A DNA stretch of 64,000 nt, taken from positions 320,001 to 384,000 of the forward strand of contig OZ223519.1 in assembly GCA_965140785.1 (NCBI GenBank), read 5' to 3'. Origin of the DNA: an uncultured Ruficoccus sp. Lineage in GTDB: Bacteria; Verrucomicrobiota; Verrucomicrobiia; Opitutales; Cerasicoccaceae. The notes below the pieces were generated by a model. It was not told where the DNA came from. It saw only the letters and a list, made by a program, of their open reading frames with translations, and did no database searches. Shown here piece after piece: positions 10,396 through 20,477 of the stretch. The position numbers and the translations under genes were made by a program. How positions within the stretch are numbered: the first letter of the stretch is position 1; every line of letters starts with the position of its first letter.

Positions 10396-11709
10396 ATGGA
10401 AGACACCGCCACTATTCGTATTGCTAATGAAAATTATACTTTCCCTCTGATGGAAGGCACCGAAGGCGAAAGGGCGATCGATACCCGAAGCCTGCGCTCG
10501 AAGAGTGGCTACATCACCTATGACGAGGGCTACGGCAATACCGGTTCGTGTGAGAGCGCGATTACGTTCATCAATGGCGAGAAGGGGATCCTGCGCTACC
10601 GCGGCTATCCCATCGAGCAACTGGCGGAGAGCTCGACCTTTATCGAGGCCGCGTTCCTGATTATTTACGGCGAGCTGCCGAACCGCCGCCAGATGACGGA
10701 GTTTTCCGGTCGTGTGCTGCGCAATGCCCGCATCGACGTCGGCATGCACCGGATTTTTGAAGGCTTCCCGCACAGCTCGCACCCGATGGCGATGCTCTCG
10801 GCCATGCTGAACTCCCTGGGCTGCTACTACCCGGAGATGGCTACCAACAACCGCGAGCGCGACCTGGAGTGCTTCGACGAGGCCGCCTCCCTCCTGCTGT
10901 CCAAGGTCCGCACCCTCTCGGCCATGTCCTACCGGATGAAGAACGGCCTGCCCTTCGTCTATCCGAAGCACAGTATGGGCTACTGCCAGAACTTCCTGCA
11001 CATGATTTTCTCCGAGCCCTACCACGACTACGTGCCGCACGACGACGTGGTCAAGGCGCTTGACCTCATCCTGCTCCTGCACGCCGACCACGAGCAGAAT
11101 TGCAGCACCTCGACCGTGCGCATGGTGGCCAGCGGCGGGGCCAATCTGTTCGCCTCGGTTTCGGCCGGTGTCTGCGCCCTGTGGGGCCCGCTGCACGGCG
11201 GCGCCAACATGGCCGTGGTCAGCATGCTCCAGCGCATCCATGATGCCGGAGACGACGGCAGCGAGTTCATCGAGGCCGCCAAACGCGGCGAAGCCCGCCT
11301 GATGGGCTTCGGCCACCGCGTTTACAAGAACTACGACCCGCGCGCCCGCATCCTCGGGGAAACCTGCGAGAAGGTCTTTGCCGCCCTCAACCAGAAAAAC
11401 CCCCTGCTGGACATTGCCCGCAAGTTGGAGGAAAAGGCCCTCAACGACCCGTACTTCGTCGATCGCAAGCTGTACCCGAACGTGGACTTCTACAGCGGCA
11501 TCATCCTCGAAGCTATCGGCATCCCGCTGGACATGTTCACCGTCATTTTCGCTATCGGGCGCATGCCGGGCTGGATTGCCAACTGGAAGGAAATCGCCGA
11601 AGGCGGTGGCCGCATCCACCGTCCGCGCCAGATCTACATCGGTAAGAACGAGCGCGACTACGTCATGATGAAGGACCGTACGAAGGCCGCCGATGCGCCC
11701 AAGTCCTAA
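10396..11709 (+). CDS. gltA: Citrate synthase (type II)
   Basis: [48 protein letters not shown]. Confidence 0.98.
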   Translation: MEDTATIRIANENYTFPLMEGTEGERAIDTRSLRSKSGYITYDEGYGNTGSCESAITFINGEKGILRYRGYPIEQLAESSTFIEAAFLIIYGELPNRRQMTEFSGRVLRNARIDVGMHRIFEGFPHSSHPMAMLSAMLNSLGCYYPEMATNNRERDLECFDEAASLLLSKVRTLSAMSYRMKNGLPFVYPKHSMGYCQNFLHMIFSEPYHDYVPHDDVVKALDLILLLHADHEQNCSTSTVRMVASGGANLFASVSAGVCALWGPLHGGANMAVVSMLQRIHDAGDDGSEFIEAAKRGEARLMGFGHRVYKNYDPRARILGETCEKVFAALNQKNPLLDIARKLEEKALNDPYFVDRKLYPNVDFYSGIILEAIGIPLDMFTVIFAIGRMPGWIANWKEIAEGGGRIHRPRQIYIGKNERDYVMMKDRTKAADAPKS

Positions 11710-11733
11710 GCGCTTTCGGCATACTTTTTAAGC

Positions 11734-11766
11734 AAAACGCCGTCCGGTAAGGGGCGGCGTTTTTTT
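11734..11766 (+). terminator. Intrinsic terminator after gltA
   Basis: AAAACGCCGTCC-ggtaag-GGGCGGCGTTTT hairpin with T-tract. Confidence 0.75.
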
Positions 11767-11847
11767 GTTTGGCTCACGAAATGTACGAAGGCCGTCCAGT
11801 AGCCACGATGGTTACACAGCGGCGGAGCGCTTGAGTGTAGAATTTTT

Positions 11848-11905
11848 AACCACGGATTACACGGATCGCACAGATAAAATAAGAGTATCCGTGTAATCCG
11901 TGGTT
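11848..11905. repeat. Palindromic element with 19-bp perfect arms and 9-bp internal periodicity
   Basis: AACCACGGATTACACGGAT (11848-11866) / ATCCGTGTAATCCGTGGTT (11887-11905). Confidence 0.8.
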
Positions 11906-11920
11906 GAAAATAAAAACGCT

Positions 11921-12685
11921 TTAGCGGGTGCCGCTGGAGGCGGGCTGATTTTTTTTCGGGTCGATGATCAGGTCTTCCATGCTCAGTCCGGTCAGCTCCC
12001 GGACGCGCTTGAACAGGTACCACATGGCCGTGCCCATCAGGGGGAGGGTCATCACGAACATGACGACCCAGGTGATCCAGGTTTGCGTGCCCAGCTCGGC
12101 ATTGAAGGCGCTTTGATCGACGTTCGGGTCGGTTTTCACGACCAGGCGCGTGACGGTAAAGTTGATGATGGCGCTGACCAGGAGCGAGGAGGCGAAAATC
12201 CACGTACAGCGCACGAGGGTGTGGTGGAAGGCGGCCTGCTTGTCAGGCGTATCCAGGTGAGACTCCAGCTTCTGCGTGTCCATGATGGAGGGGTTGAGCA
12301 GAAACATTTTGATGACGGGCTTTTTCGTCTTGAGGGAAGCGACGACGGCCACGCCGATGATCAGGGGCAGGAGCGTTTCCTTGATTGCGAAAACCAGGGG
12401 GCTGAGCTTGAGCAGTCCGATGCCGCCGGTCAGCAGCACGCTGATAAAGCCGAGGATGGAGAGCCCGTTGGCCTTTTTGCGGGTCTTCAGGTCGTAGAGA
12501 AAATAGCCAATGGGGAAGAGCAGGGCGACGATCAGGACCTGGGTGTCGCTGAGGAAGCTGAACCACTTGGCCCCTTTGGTCAGCAGGAGGATGGGGGCGA
12601 CGAGGTTGAAGATGAGGTTCAACCACGGGTTCTCCCGGCGCTCTGGGGCGGGCTTTGGGGTGGACTCTTGTGCGGACTCGCTCAT
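11921..12685 (-). CDS. VC0807-like multi-pass membrane protein
   Basis: ENPWLNLIFN, LTGGIGLL, FAIKE, AFNAELG motifs; several hydrophobic helices; alternative start at 12709. Confidence 0.75.
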   Translation of the reverse strand: MSESAQESTPKPAPERRENPWLNLIFNLVAPILLLTKGAKWFSFLSDTQVLIVALLFPIGYFLYDLKTRKKANGLSILGFISVLLTGGIGLLKLSPLVFAIKETLLPLIIGVAVVASLKTKKPVIKMFLLNPSIMDTQKLESHLDTPDKQAAFHHTLVRCTWIFASSLLVSAIINFTVTRLVVKTDPNVDQSAFNAELGTQTWITWVVMFVMTLPLMGTAMWYLFKRVRELTGLSMEDLIIDPKKNQPASSGTR

Positions 12686-12876
12686 TTTGGGACTAGGTCG
12701 TGCATGCAAACCTCCTCAACCTCGGATTCTTAACCCTTTTTCGCCCAAAATGAGTTTCCTCAGCTCGACAATTTTCAAATTGCCTCGCTTCGAAAGCCTC
12801 ATTTTTGCCATGAAAAATGGCAGGCGACTTCTCGTTGCGAGGTTTACATACACGACCTACACTTTCTGACCATCGC

Positions 12877-13533
12877 ATGAACGCAAGCCCTATCCGTTGC
12901 CTTATTACCGCCGGCCCGACCCGGGAGTATTTCGATCCGGTGCGCTTCATCAGTAATCCCTCCAGCGGGAAGATGGGGTACGCGCTGGCGGTGGCGGCGC
13001 GGGCAGCCGGCTGGCGGGTCGAGCTGGTCAGCGGACCGGTGGCGCTGCGCCCGCCCGAAGGGGTGGAGGTCATTCCCGTCATCACCGGCAGGGAAATGCT
13101 TGCCGCCGTTCAGGAGCGCTTCCCGGCCTGCGACATTCTGATCAAGGTGGCGGCGGTCTGCGACATGCGCCCAAAGACCACCTCCCCGCATAAGGTCAAG
13201 AAGGACGCCCTCTCTCTGACGGTGGAGTTCGAGCCGGTGGAGGATATTTTAAAAACCGTGGCCGCCGGCAAGCAGCCCGGCCAGGTCGTGGTGGGCTTCG
13301 CGGCGGAGACTCAGGACGTGGAGGCATACGCCCGCCGCAAGCTGATCGAGAAAAACCTCGACTGGATCGTGGCCAACCGCGTGGGCGGGCAGGGGGGAGC
13401 CTTCGAGTCCGACAGTAACGCGGTGCAGCTGATGGGCACCAGTGGGGAGGTCATCGCCTTCGGCCCCGGCGCCAAGACCGACATCGCCCACCAGTTGATC
13501 GGTTACTTGAACGCCTACCATTTCGCCCCCTAA
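12877..13533 (+). CDS. coaB: Phosphopantothenate-cysteine ligase (stand-alone CoaB domain)
   Basis: LITAGPTREYFDPVRFISNPSSGKMG, AAVCD, VGFAAET, IVAN; lacks the CoaC flavoprotein domain. Confidence 0.9.
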   Translation: MNASPIRCLITAGPTREYFDPVRFISNPSSGKMGYALAVAARAAGWRVELVSGPVALRPPEGVEVIPVITGREMLAAVQERFPACDILIKVAAVCDMRPKTTSPHKVKKDALSLTVEFEPVEDILKTVAAGKQPGQVVVGFAAETQDVEAYARRKLIEKNLDWIVANRVGGQGGAFESDSNAVQLMGTSGEVIAFGPGAKTDIAHQLIGYLNAYHFAP

Positions 13534-13547
13534 ACTCCGTCCCCACC

Positions 13548-14726
13548 ATGCCCGATAAAAGCACGCACCTCGACCGTATTCTGGGGCGGATTGACGCCCT
13601 CGACTCGGATAACCTGACCACGCTTGTGCGGCGGCTGGTGCGGGAGCGCACCCTGCTGGAGACGGTCTTTAACACCATTCAAGAGGGCATCCTCGTGGTG
13701 GATAAATCCGGGCGTGTCGAGTACGCCAACGCCGCTGCCGGGCACCTGATCGGCCTGCGGGAGAAAGACCTCGGGCAGGTGGTGCTGGGAAAGGTGATGC
13801 CGGACTTGAGCGAGATTCTCGACTTTGACCGGGAGGGAAACCCGGCCATGATGCCGGCCTCCTCGCGCGAGATGGAGATCACGTATCCCGAGCCGCGCTT
13901 CGTCCGGCTCTACGTGGTGCCCTTCGAGACCGAGGAGGAGGACGAGCGCCAGTTGCGCTACACGATTATTATTTCCGACATCACGGAAGAGAAAACCTCC
14001 ACCGAAGAGCGCATTGCCAACGAGCGGCTCTCGTCGATCTTCGACCTGGCCGCCGGGGTGGCTCATGAGCTGGGCAACCCGCTCAACTCGATCAACATTC
14101 ACCTCCAGCTCATGCGGCGGCAGTTGGCCAGGCTGGGCAAGGACCCCGCCACGGACAAGGTCAAGTCTTCGCTGGAGGCCTGCACGAACGAGGTTCAGCG
14201 CCTGGACGGCATCATCACGCACTTTCTCCAGGCCATCCGCCCGCAGCCGCCGGACCTGCGCGAGGTGGACCTGCTGGAAATCCTTTCCGAGGTGCTCACG
14301 CTTCAGGGGCCCGAGATGCACAACCTCAACATCCATGTCGATGTCGAGGTTCGTGCCGACCTGCCCCGCGTCATGGCTGACCCCGAGCAGCTCAAACAGG
14401 TGTTTTTCAACATCACGAAAAATGCGATGGAGGCCATGGACGCCGGCGGCGACCTCACCATCACCACGCACAGCGACGACGACTTTGTGACCATGATCTT
14501 CGCCGACACCGGGGTGGGAATCTCCCAGCAGGACCTTTCGCGCATCTTCCAGCCCTACTACACGAGTAAGTCCAGTGGGCACGGTTTGGGCATGATGGTC
14601 GTCCAGCGTATCATGCGCGACCACGGCGGCCAGATCGGGATCGATAGCAAGCCCGGCACCGGCACCGTCATCCGCCTGCGCTTCCCCCAGCGCCACCGCC
14701 GCATGCGCATGCTGGAAAGCCGGTGA
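13548..14726 (+). CDS. PAS-domain sensor histidine kinase (NtrB-like)
   Basis: H-box AAGVAHELGNPLNSI, N-box NITKNAMEAM, DTGVG, GHGLG. Confidence 0.92.
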   Translation: MPDKSTHLDRILGRIDALDSDNLTTLVRRLVRERTLLETVFNTIQEGILVVDKSGRVEYANAAAGHLIGLREKDLGQVVLGKVMPDLSEILDFDREGNPAMMPASSREMEITYPEPRFVRLYVVPFETEEEDERQLRYTIIISDITEEKTSTEERIANERLSSIFDLAAGVAHELGNPLNSINIHLQLMRRQLARLGKDPATDKVKSSLEACTNEVQRLDGIITHFLQAIRPQPPDLREVDLLEILSEVLTLQGPEMHNLNIHVDVEVRADLPRVMADPEQLKQVFFNITKNAMEAMDAGGDLTITTHSDDDFVTMIFADTGVGISQQDLSRIFQPYYTSKSSGHGLGMMVVQRIMRDHGGQIGIDSKPGTGTVIRLRFPQRHRRMRMLESR

Positions 14727-14746
14727 GTGGAGAGGGCGTTGTTTTT

Positions 14747-15041
14747 ATTTAACCGCAAAGACGCAAAGGGCACAAAGCGCTGGCGCTGGTGCTGATGCTC
14801 AGAGCGTAACCGGACGCTGCCGTTTCTCCGGAAGTTGCAGGATAAATAGTAGGGCTCACACGGAGGCACGGAGAGAGGAGAGATTGTCCCATCGACGTAG
14901 CGATATTCGCATTTCATCCACAGCTAAGCTTTTCACTTAACATCAATAAGAACTGGCAAAGCCGAGTGAAAGGTCAGCAGGTCGGAGTGCCCCAAACAAC
15001 AGCGCCAGCGCTTTGTGCCCTTTGCGTCTTTGCGGTTAAAT
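14747..15041. repeat. 295-bp element bounded by a perfect 42-bp inverted repeat
   Basis: 14747-14788 ATTTAACCGCAAAGACGCAAAGGGCACAAAGCGCTGGCGCTG is the exact reverse complement of 15000-15041. Confidence 0.88.
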
Positions 15042-15141
15042 CCTCTTCCTCCCAGCGCCTGACCGGCTCGATTGGGACAAAAAGGCACTTTTTTTGCGGT
15101 TTAGGGTGGTTTCGTGGAAAACGGGCTGCTTAATTAGCGCC

Positions 15142-16518
15142 ATGCCCGAGAGCATCCTGATCGTTGACGACGAAAAGCACACCCGTGAGGGGCTGGCGGC
15201 TGCTTTGGAGGACGACTACGACGTGTACCAGGCCCGCGACGCCGAGGAGGCCTTCCGTCTGCTGGACGGGGAGCCCTTCGATGTGGTGCTGACCGACCTG
15301 CGCATGGCGGGCAAGTCCGGCCTCAAGGTCATCGACCACGCCCTCAAGCTGCCCAACCGCCCCGTCTGCATCATGATGACCGCCTACGGTAATGTGCAGA
15401 CTGCGGTCGAGGCGATGAAGCACGGCGCTTTCGACTTTCTGACCAAGCCGCTCAACCTCGAAAAGCTAGAGATTATCATCAAGCGGGCCATCCAGTCCCG
15501 CCACCTCGAAACCGAGAACAAGCAGCTCCACCAGCGCCTGGACCGCAAATTCAGCTTCGAGGGGATCGTGGGCAACTCCGCTGCGCTCAACCACGTGCTG
15601 GAACAGGTGCGCCAAGTGGCCCCCTCGCGGGCCACGGTCATGCTCTACGGCGACACCGGCACGGGCAAGGAACTGGTCGCCCAGATGCTCCACCAAAATA
15701 GCGACCGCGCGCGGGCGGCATTCGTCCCTGTGCACTGCGCGGCCATCCCGGCCAACCTGCTTGAGAGCGAGCTGTTCGGGCACGAAAAGGGAGCCTTCAC
15801 CGGCGCGGCCGAGCGGCGCATCGGGCGCTTCGAGGCCGCCGACGGGGGGACGCTCTTTCTGGACGAGATCGGCGAGATCGACGCCCCGACCCAGGTCAAG
15901 CTCTTGCGCTTTCTGGAGACGCGTTCCTTTGAGCGCTTGGGGAGCCACAAACCGATCCAGGTCGATGTGCGCCTGGTCTGCGCCACCAACCGCGACCTCA
16001 AGGACCTCGTGGACAAGGGCGAGTTCCGCGAAGACCTTTACTACCGGCTCAACGTCGTGCCGATCCGCCTGCCGGCCCTGCGGGAGCGCCCGGATGACAC
16101 CCCGCTTCTGCTCAACCATTTCCTCCAGCAGTTCGCGGAGGAGAACGGCACCCCGCCGGTCAGCCTGACCCCGGAGGCGCTCACCGTCCTCCAGCGCTAT
16201 GGCTGGCCGGGCAATATCCGCGAACTGCGCAACTTCTGTGAAAACACCGTGGTGATGAAGCGGGGTGGGGAAGTGACCGAGTACGATCTCGACGCGCGAT
16301 TCTTCGAGCCGGGTAAACCGTCCTCCTCGTCGGCGAGCCGGAGCGAGCCCGCCCTGGCCAACCCGCTCTCCAAGGAGGAAAACGAAAAGCGCCTGCTGCG
16401 TAACGCCTTGATCGAGGCCAAAGGCAACCGGACCCGCGCCGCCGAACTGATGGGAATCAGCCGTCGCACCCTCCATCGCAAACTTGCGCAATGGCCGGAA
16501 CTGGATGTGCATAACTGA
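15142..16518 (+). CDS. Sigma-54-dependent response regulator (NtrC family)
   Basis: Receiver domain, GDTGTGKE, ESELFGHEKGAFTGA, FLDEIGE, WPGNIREL, C-terminal Fis HTH. Confidence 0.96.
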   Translation: MPESILIVDDEKHTREGLAAALEDDYDVYQARDAEEAFRLLDGEPFDVVLTDLRMAGKSGLKVIDHALKLPNRPVCIMMTAYGNVQTAVEAMKHGAFDFLTKPLNLEKLEIIIKRAIQSRHLETENKQLHQRLDRKFSFEGIVGNSAALNHVLEQVRQVAPSRATVMLYGDTGTGKELVAQMLHQNSDRARAAFVPVHCAAIPANLLESELFGHEKGAFTGAAERRIGRFEAADGGTLFLDEIGEIDAPTQVKLLRFLETRSFERLGSHKPIQVDVRLVCATNRDLKDLVDKGEFREDLYYRLNVVPIRLPALRERPDDTPLLLNHFLQQFAEENGTPPVSLTPEALTVLQRYGWPGNIRELRNFCENTVVMKRGGEVTEYDLDARFFEPGKPSSSSASRSEPALANPLSKEENEKRLLRNALIEAKGNRTRAAELMGISRRTLHRKLAQWPELDVHN

Positions 16519-16606
16519 TGTCGCTAGGCAGTACCTTCGAACCTCAAAACTCTGTAAAAAGATTGAAGATGGTAAAATTGAGACTCTATACTCCGCGCCA
16601 ACTCTC

Positions 16607-17482
16607 ATGAAATCTACTTTACTCTCACTGTTCGCTACCTCGGTGCTGACACTCGGTCTGCACGCTGACAAAATTGAAGTCGTCGGCTCGGACCTGCTGC
16701 AGGACGCGGTAGTCGAGCCCTTGGAGGCTTTTGCCGACAGGAAGCACCTGGATATCGGGATCGACCTGTACGGGAGCATTCCGGCTATGTCCCAGCTCCG
16801 TAATAACGAGGCGCAGTTGGCCTTTATCGCCAGGCCGGACGAGGGGAAGTTTCAGATCGACGGCTTGAAGATCATTCCCTTCGCCTACCAGGTGGCGGTT
16901 ATCGCCGTAAACAGCGACAACCCGCTTACGGAGCTCAATCTCAAGCAGTTGGCCGGTATTTTCGGCACATCCTCAGAGGAGTATTACGGTCGTTGGGGCG
17001 AGCTCGGCCTGAGCGGCAACATGGCCACGCGCTCCATCCAGCCCATCGTGGTGGAAACGCCCAATTCCGTTGTGCGGGAGTTATTCAAGTATAAGGCGCT
17101 CCAGCGCGCCCCCTTTAAGTCAAACACGCTGACAGTGGAAAACTTTGAAGAAAGCCCGGAGCTGCTGGTTAGCGACAGCGGAGCGATCGGGATCTTCCCT
17201 TATGTCCCACGGCAGAACAACCTGCGGGTGATCTCGATTTCCGGCAGCGAGCCGGGCTCGTTCGCCTATGGTCCCAGCCGTGAGAATGTCTATCTTGGCT
17301 CTTATCCGCTGCGTCTGCCCTTTTATCTGGTTTATAAACCATCGAATAAGGAAAAAGTTCGCGAAATTCTTCGCTTTATGCTGAGTGAGGACATGTCTAA
17401 GTCATTGGAAGAGAATGGTTTTATGCCTCTTCCAGAAAATGTTCGAAAACGTACCGTTCTGGAACTTGACATTGGCTCCTGA
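16607..17482 (+). CDS. PstS-like periplasmic substrate-binding protein
   Basis: Signal peptide; VVGSD, IAVNSDNPLTELNLKQLAGIF, YPLRLPFY as in PstS-like binding proteins. Confidence 0.7.
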   Translation: MKSTLLSLFATSVLTLGLHADKIEVVGSDLLQDAVVEPLEAFADRKHLDIGIDLYGSIPAMSQLRNNEAQLAFIARPDEGKFQIDGLKIIPFAYQVAVIAVNSDNPLTELNLKQLAGIFGTSSEEYYGRWGELGLSGNMATRSIQPIVVETPNSVVRELFKYKALQRAPFKSNTLTVENFEESPELLVSDSGAIGIFPYVPRQNNLRVISISGSEPGSFAYGPSRENVYLGSYPLRLPFYLVYKPSNKEKVREILRFMLSEDMSKSLEENGFMPLPENVRKRTVLELDIGS

Positions 17483-17512
17483 AGTCACCACATTACCCAA
17501 CTTTCAGATTAA

Positions 17513-17588
<76 letters not shown>

Positions 17589-17594
17589 CTTTTT

Positions 17595-17630
17595 AAGCCT
17601 CCGGAAACATAGTTTTCGGGGGCTTTTTTT
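17595..17630 (+). terminator. Intrinsic terminator after tRNA-Gly
   Basis: AAGCCTCCGGAAAC...GTTTTCGGGGGCTT hairpin followed by T-tract. Confidence 0.8.
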
Positions 17631-17756
17631 GTGCCGAGGTGAAGAGGTGAGAACTCGAGCAGAGAGTTTGACGGAGCCCGCCGGTGGCGGGCGGAGATGG
17701 CCCCCGTCGGCCGATCAGGCCGATGGGCCGCGCAGCGGTGAGGCCGCGCCTCAGAC

Positions 17757-17781
17757 AACCTCTTCGCTCGCTCCACTTTTT
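17757..17781 (+). repeat. 25-bp direct repeat of the tRNA-Gly 3' end
   Basis: AACCTCTTCGCTCGCTCCACTTTTT is identical at 17570-17594 and 17757-17781. Confidence 0.9.
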
Positions 17782-17895
17782 TGTGCCTGTCGGACTGGGA
17801 GCTGCTGGCAATTGAAGGGCTGGGTGAGAGACGAGTTTGTGGTGGGTGCGACTTCTGAGTTGATGGGGGCGTGAGTGAGCGTCACACTGTGTTGA

Positions 17896-20268
17896 TTGGA
17901 TCAGGGAAGTATCATTCAAGATCTGACGCTGGTTGTCCTGTGTGCGGCGGTCGTCACGGTTATTTTTTATAAACTGAGGTTGCCGGTGATCCTCGGCTAT
18001 CTGCTGGCGGGCGTATTCATCGGCCCGTACATGCCGCACTTGCCTTCCCTCAAGGATGCTGGATCGATCCAGCAATTGAGCGAGCTGGGGGTCATCTTCC
18101 TGATGTTCTTCATCGGGCTGGAGTTCGACATCGGGCGGCTGAAGAAGGTCTTCTGGCCCGCCTTTATCGCGGCGGTATTGCAATCGGTGATCGTGTTTTT
18201 CATCGGGGTGATGTGCGCGCCGCTGGTCGGGTATTCACCGCTGGAGGGGATTTTTCTGGGCGGGGTATTGACCAACTCGGCCTCGCTGCTGTGTATCAAG
18301 ATTCTCAAGGACAAGGGCCGGCTCAAGCATGCCGACGCGCACATGGCGATCGGTATCCTGCTCTTCGAAGACATGGTGGCGATCATGCTGCTGGTTGTCC
18401 TGAGCGGGGTCAGCGTGTCGCACCATTTTCAGGTGGACGCGGTGTACGAGATCACGTTCCTGCTCGGGGTATTTGTCGTCGGGGTGTATTTTCTCGGTCG
18501 GGTACTGGCTCCGTGGCTGAGCCGCCTGATGAAAAAGGTCAACTCCGGCGAGATCATCACGCTGCTGACGGTGGCGCTGGTGCTGGGGGTGGGCCAACTG
18601 GCGCAGATGTCGAGTTTTTCGATTTCGCTGGGAGCGTTTCTGGCCGGTGCGATCATGGCGCAGACCCAGATGGTGGGGGAGATTCAGCGCATCACCGAGC
18701 CTTTCCGTAATCTTTTCAGCGCGGTCTTTTTCGTCACCATCGGGATGCTGATCGATCCGGGCTGGCTGCTGTCGAACTGGCTGGCGGTCGGCTTCGTCGC
18801 CGCGCTGGTCATCGTGGGAAAAATCGTCACCTGCTGGCTGGGGCTGTTCGTGGGCGGTCAGAGCGCCGAGACCGGTTTCCGCGCCTCGCTCTCGAAGGCC
18901 AGCGTGGGCGAATTCGGCTTCATCATCGCGGCCATGGGGCAGGCCTCCGGGGCGACCGGGCAGAACCTGACCAGCATGACGGTCGGACTGGCGCTGGTCA
19001 CGTACATGATCATGCCGGTCCTCAACGCCGACCCGGGCCGGGCCTTCGGCTGGCTGGCGGAGAAGACGCCCGACCAGGTCAAGGTGGCCGGACGCATTTA
19101 CGAAAAGATGCTCGACGCGATCGGCCGGCGGGTGGGGCGGATCACGTTTTTCCGGCTGGCGCGCCGCCCGCTGATCCAGATTTTAATCAATTTCCTCCTG
19201 CTCAACGGCATCCTGATCATCGCCTACATCGGCGCCCGCTACTGCGCCCGTCTGCCAGAGGTGAGCGGCTACACCCGTTGGGTTCACGCCGGGGTCTGGC
19301 TGCTGGCCGCGGGGTTGTGCCTACCGTTCATTTCCTCGGTTATCCGCAATCTGGACGTCCTCATCCACCTGGTGACCTCGACCGTCTTCCACAGCAGCCG
19401 CAACCCGCAACTGCTCAGTGGCCGGATGGCCAACCTCGTGCACACCATCATGCTCTCGCTGGTCATTGTAATCTTTGGCGGGATCTACCTCTCGGCGGCC
19501 TCGCCGTTTTTCCCCTCCGGGGTGACGCTGGCGCTGTTCATCGTGGCCGGCTGCGTGGCGCTGGTGATTTTCTGGAAGTCGATCATCAACATCAACAGCC
19601 GGATGGAGTACCTCTTCCTGCAAAGCTTCCAGGAGCAGACGGTGGAGAACGAGGAGCAGCTCCGCCAGGCCACACTGCGGGAGCTCTCGCACGTGCACCG
19701 CTGGCAGATCGAGGTGGAAACCGTCACCATCGCCGATGACTCCATCGCCTGCGGCATGCTGCTGCGCGAGATGCACCTGCGCAAGAAAACCGGAGCCTCC
19801 ATCGTCGCCATCAGCCGCGGCGGCACCACCCACTACGACCCTTCGCCGGAGGTACCGGTCTTCGCTGGGGACAACCTCGTGCTGATCGGCTCCGAGGAAC
19901 AGCTCGCCAACGCCCGCCGCACCCTCGCCAGCAAGTCCCCGGGGAAGCGCCCCGAGGAGAAACCCTTCCGTATCGAGCGGGTTTTTGTGCGGGCGGATTC
20001 CTTCATCGTCGGCCAGACCCTGGCCGGGGGCGAAGTCCGCAACCGCTACCGCGTCAGTGTCCTGGGCATTCAGCGCGGCAAAAAGCGCATCGCCCCACCG
20101 CCGCCGGACGAGATCATCCACGTGGGCGACATCCTGCTCGTGGTGGGCAACGAGGAAGCGATCCACGCCTTCAAGACGGCCATCGAAGCCGACACCGAGC
20201 CGCTGCCCGATGAGCCGCCCCCCGACGAGTCCGACGAAACTGCCATCCCGGACAAGGCCGAAGGCTGA
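17896..20268 (+). CDS. CPA2 cation:proton antiporter with two C-terminal TrkA-C (RCK_C) domains
   Basis: LGYLLAGVFIGP, ELGVIFLMFFIGLEF, GILLFED, LGAFLAG, GEFGFII; two TrkA-C repeats; TTG start. Confidence 0.92.
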   Translation: MDQGSIIQDLTLVVLCAAVVTVIFYKLRLPVILGYLLAGVFIGPYMPHLPSLKDAGSIQQLSELGVIFLMFFIGLEFDIGRLKKVFWPAFIAAVLQSVIVFFIGVMCAPLVGYSPLEGIFLGGVLTNSASLLCIKILKDKGRLKHADAHMAIGILLFEDMVAIMLLVVLSGVSVSHHFQVDAVYEITFLLGVFVVGVYFLGRVLAPWLSRLMKKVNSGEIITLLTVALVLGVGQLAQMSSFSISLGAFLAGAIMAQTQMVGEIQRITEPFRNLFSAVFFVTIGMLIDPGWLLSNWLAVGFVAALVIVGKIVTCWLGLFVGGQSAETGFRASLSKASVGEFGFIIAAMGQASGATGQNLTSMTVGLALVTYMIMPVLNADPGRAFGWLAEKTPDQVKVAGRIYEKMLDAIGRRVGRITFFRLARRPLIQILINFLLLNGILIIAYIGARYCARLPEVSGYTRWVHAGVWLLAAGLCLPFISSVIRNLDVLIHLVTSTVFHSSRNPQLLSGRMANLVHTIMLSLVIVIFGGIYLSAASPFFPSGVTLALFIVAGCVALVIFWKSIININSRMEYLFLQSFQEQTVENEEQLRQATLRELSHVHRWQIEVETVTIADDSIACGMLLREMHLRKKTGASIVAISRGGTTHYDPSPEVPVFAGDNLVLIGSEEQLANARRTLASKSPGKRPEEKPFRIERVFVRADSFIVGQTLAGGEVRNRYRVSVLGIQRGKKRIAPPPPDEIIHVGDILLVVGNEEAIHAFKTAIEADTEPLPDEPPPDESDETAIPDKAEG

Positions 20269-20282
20269 AGAGGGCTTCTCTT

Positions 20283-20338
20283 TTCAACCACGGATAACAC
20301 AGATAAAGGCATTCCTATCCGTGCCATCCGTGGTTGAA
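20283..20338. repeat. Palindromic element of the same family as 11848-11905
   Basis: TTCAACCACGGAT (20283-20295) / ATCCGTGGTTGAA (20326-20338). Confidence 0.78.
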
Positions 20339-20477
20339 GCATTTTGTTCAGCCCGACTGGAGCAGCTCCATTAGCTTGTTGAATTCTGTGTTCCTCTTAT
20401 ATTTGCAAAAATAATTGTCAAGCGAGCGGCTTTTAGGCTTAACAATCGATTTTGAGCCTGTCACATTAGCCGCCTTT

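Noticed and set aside
17782..20268. Genomic island integrated at tRNA-Gly
   Set aside because: The att-like repeat closes after 187 bp, there is no integrase, and the next gene has host-like composition
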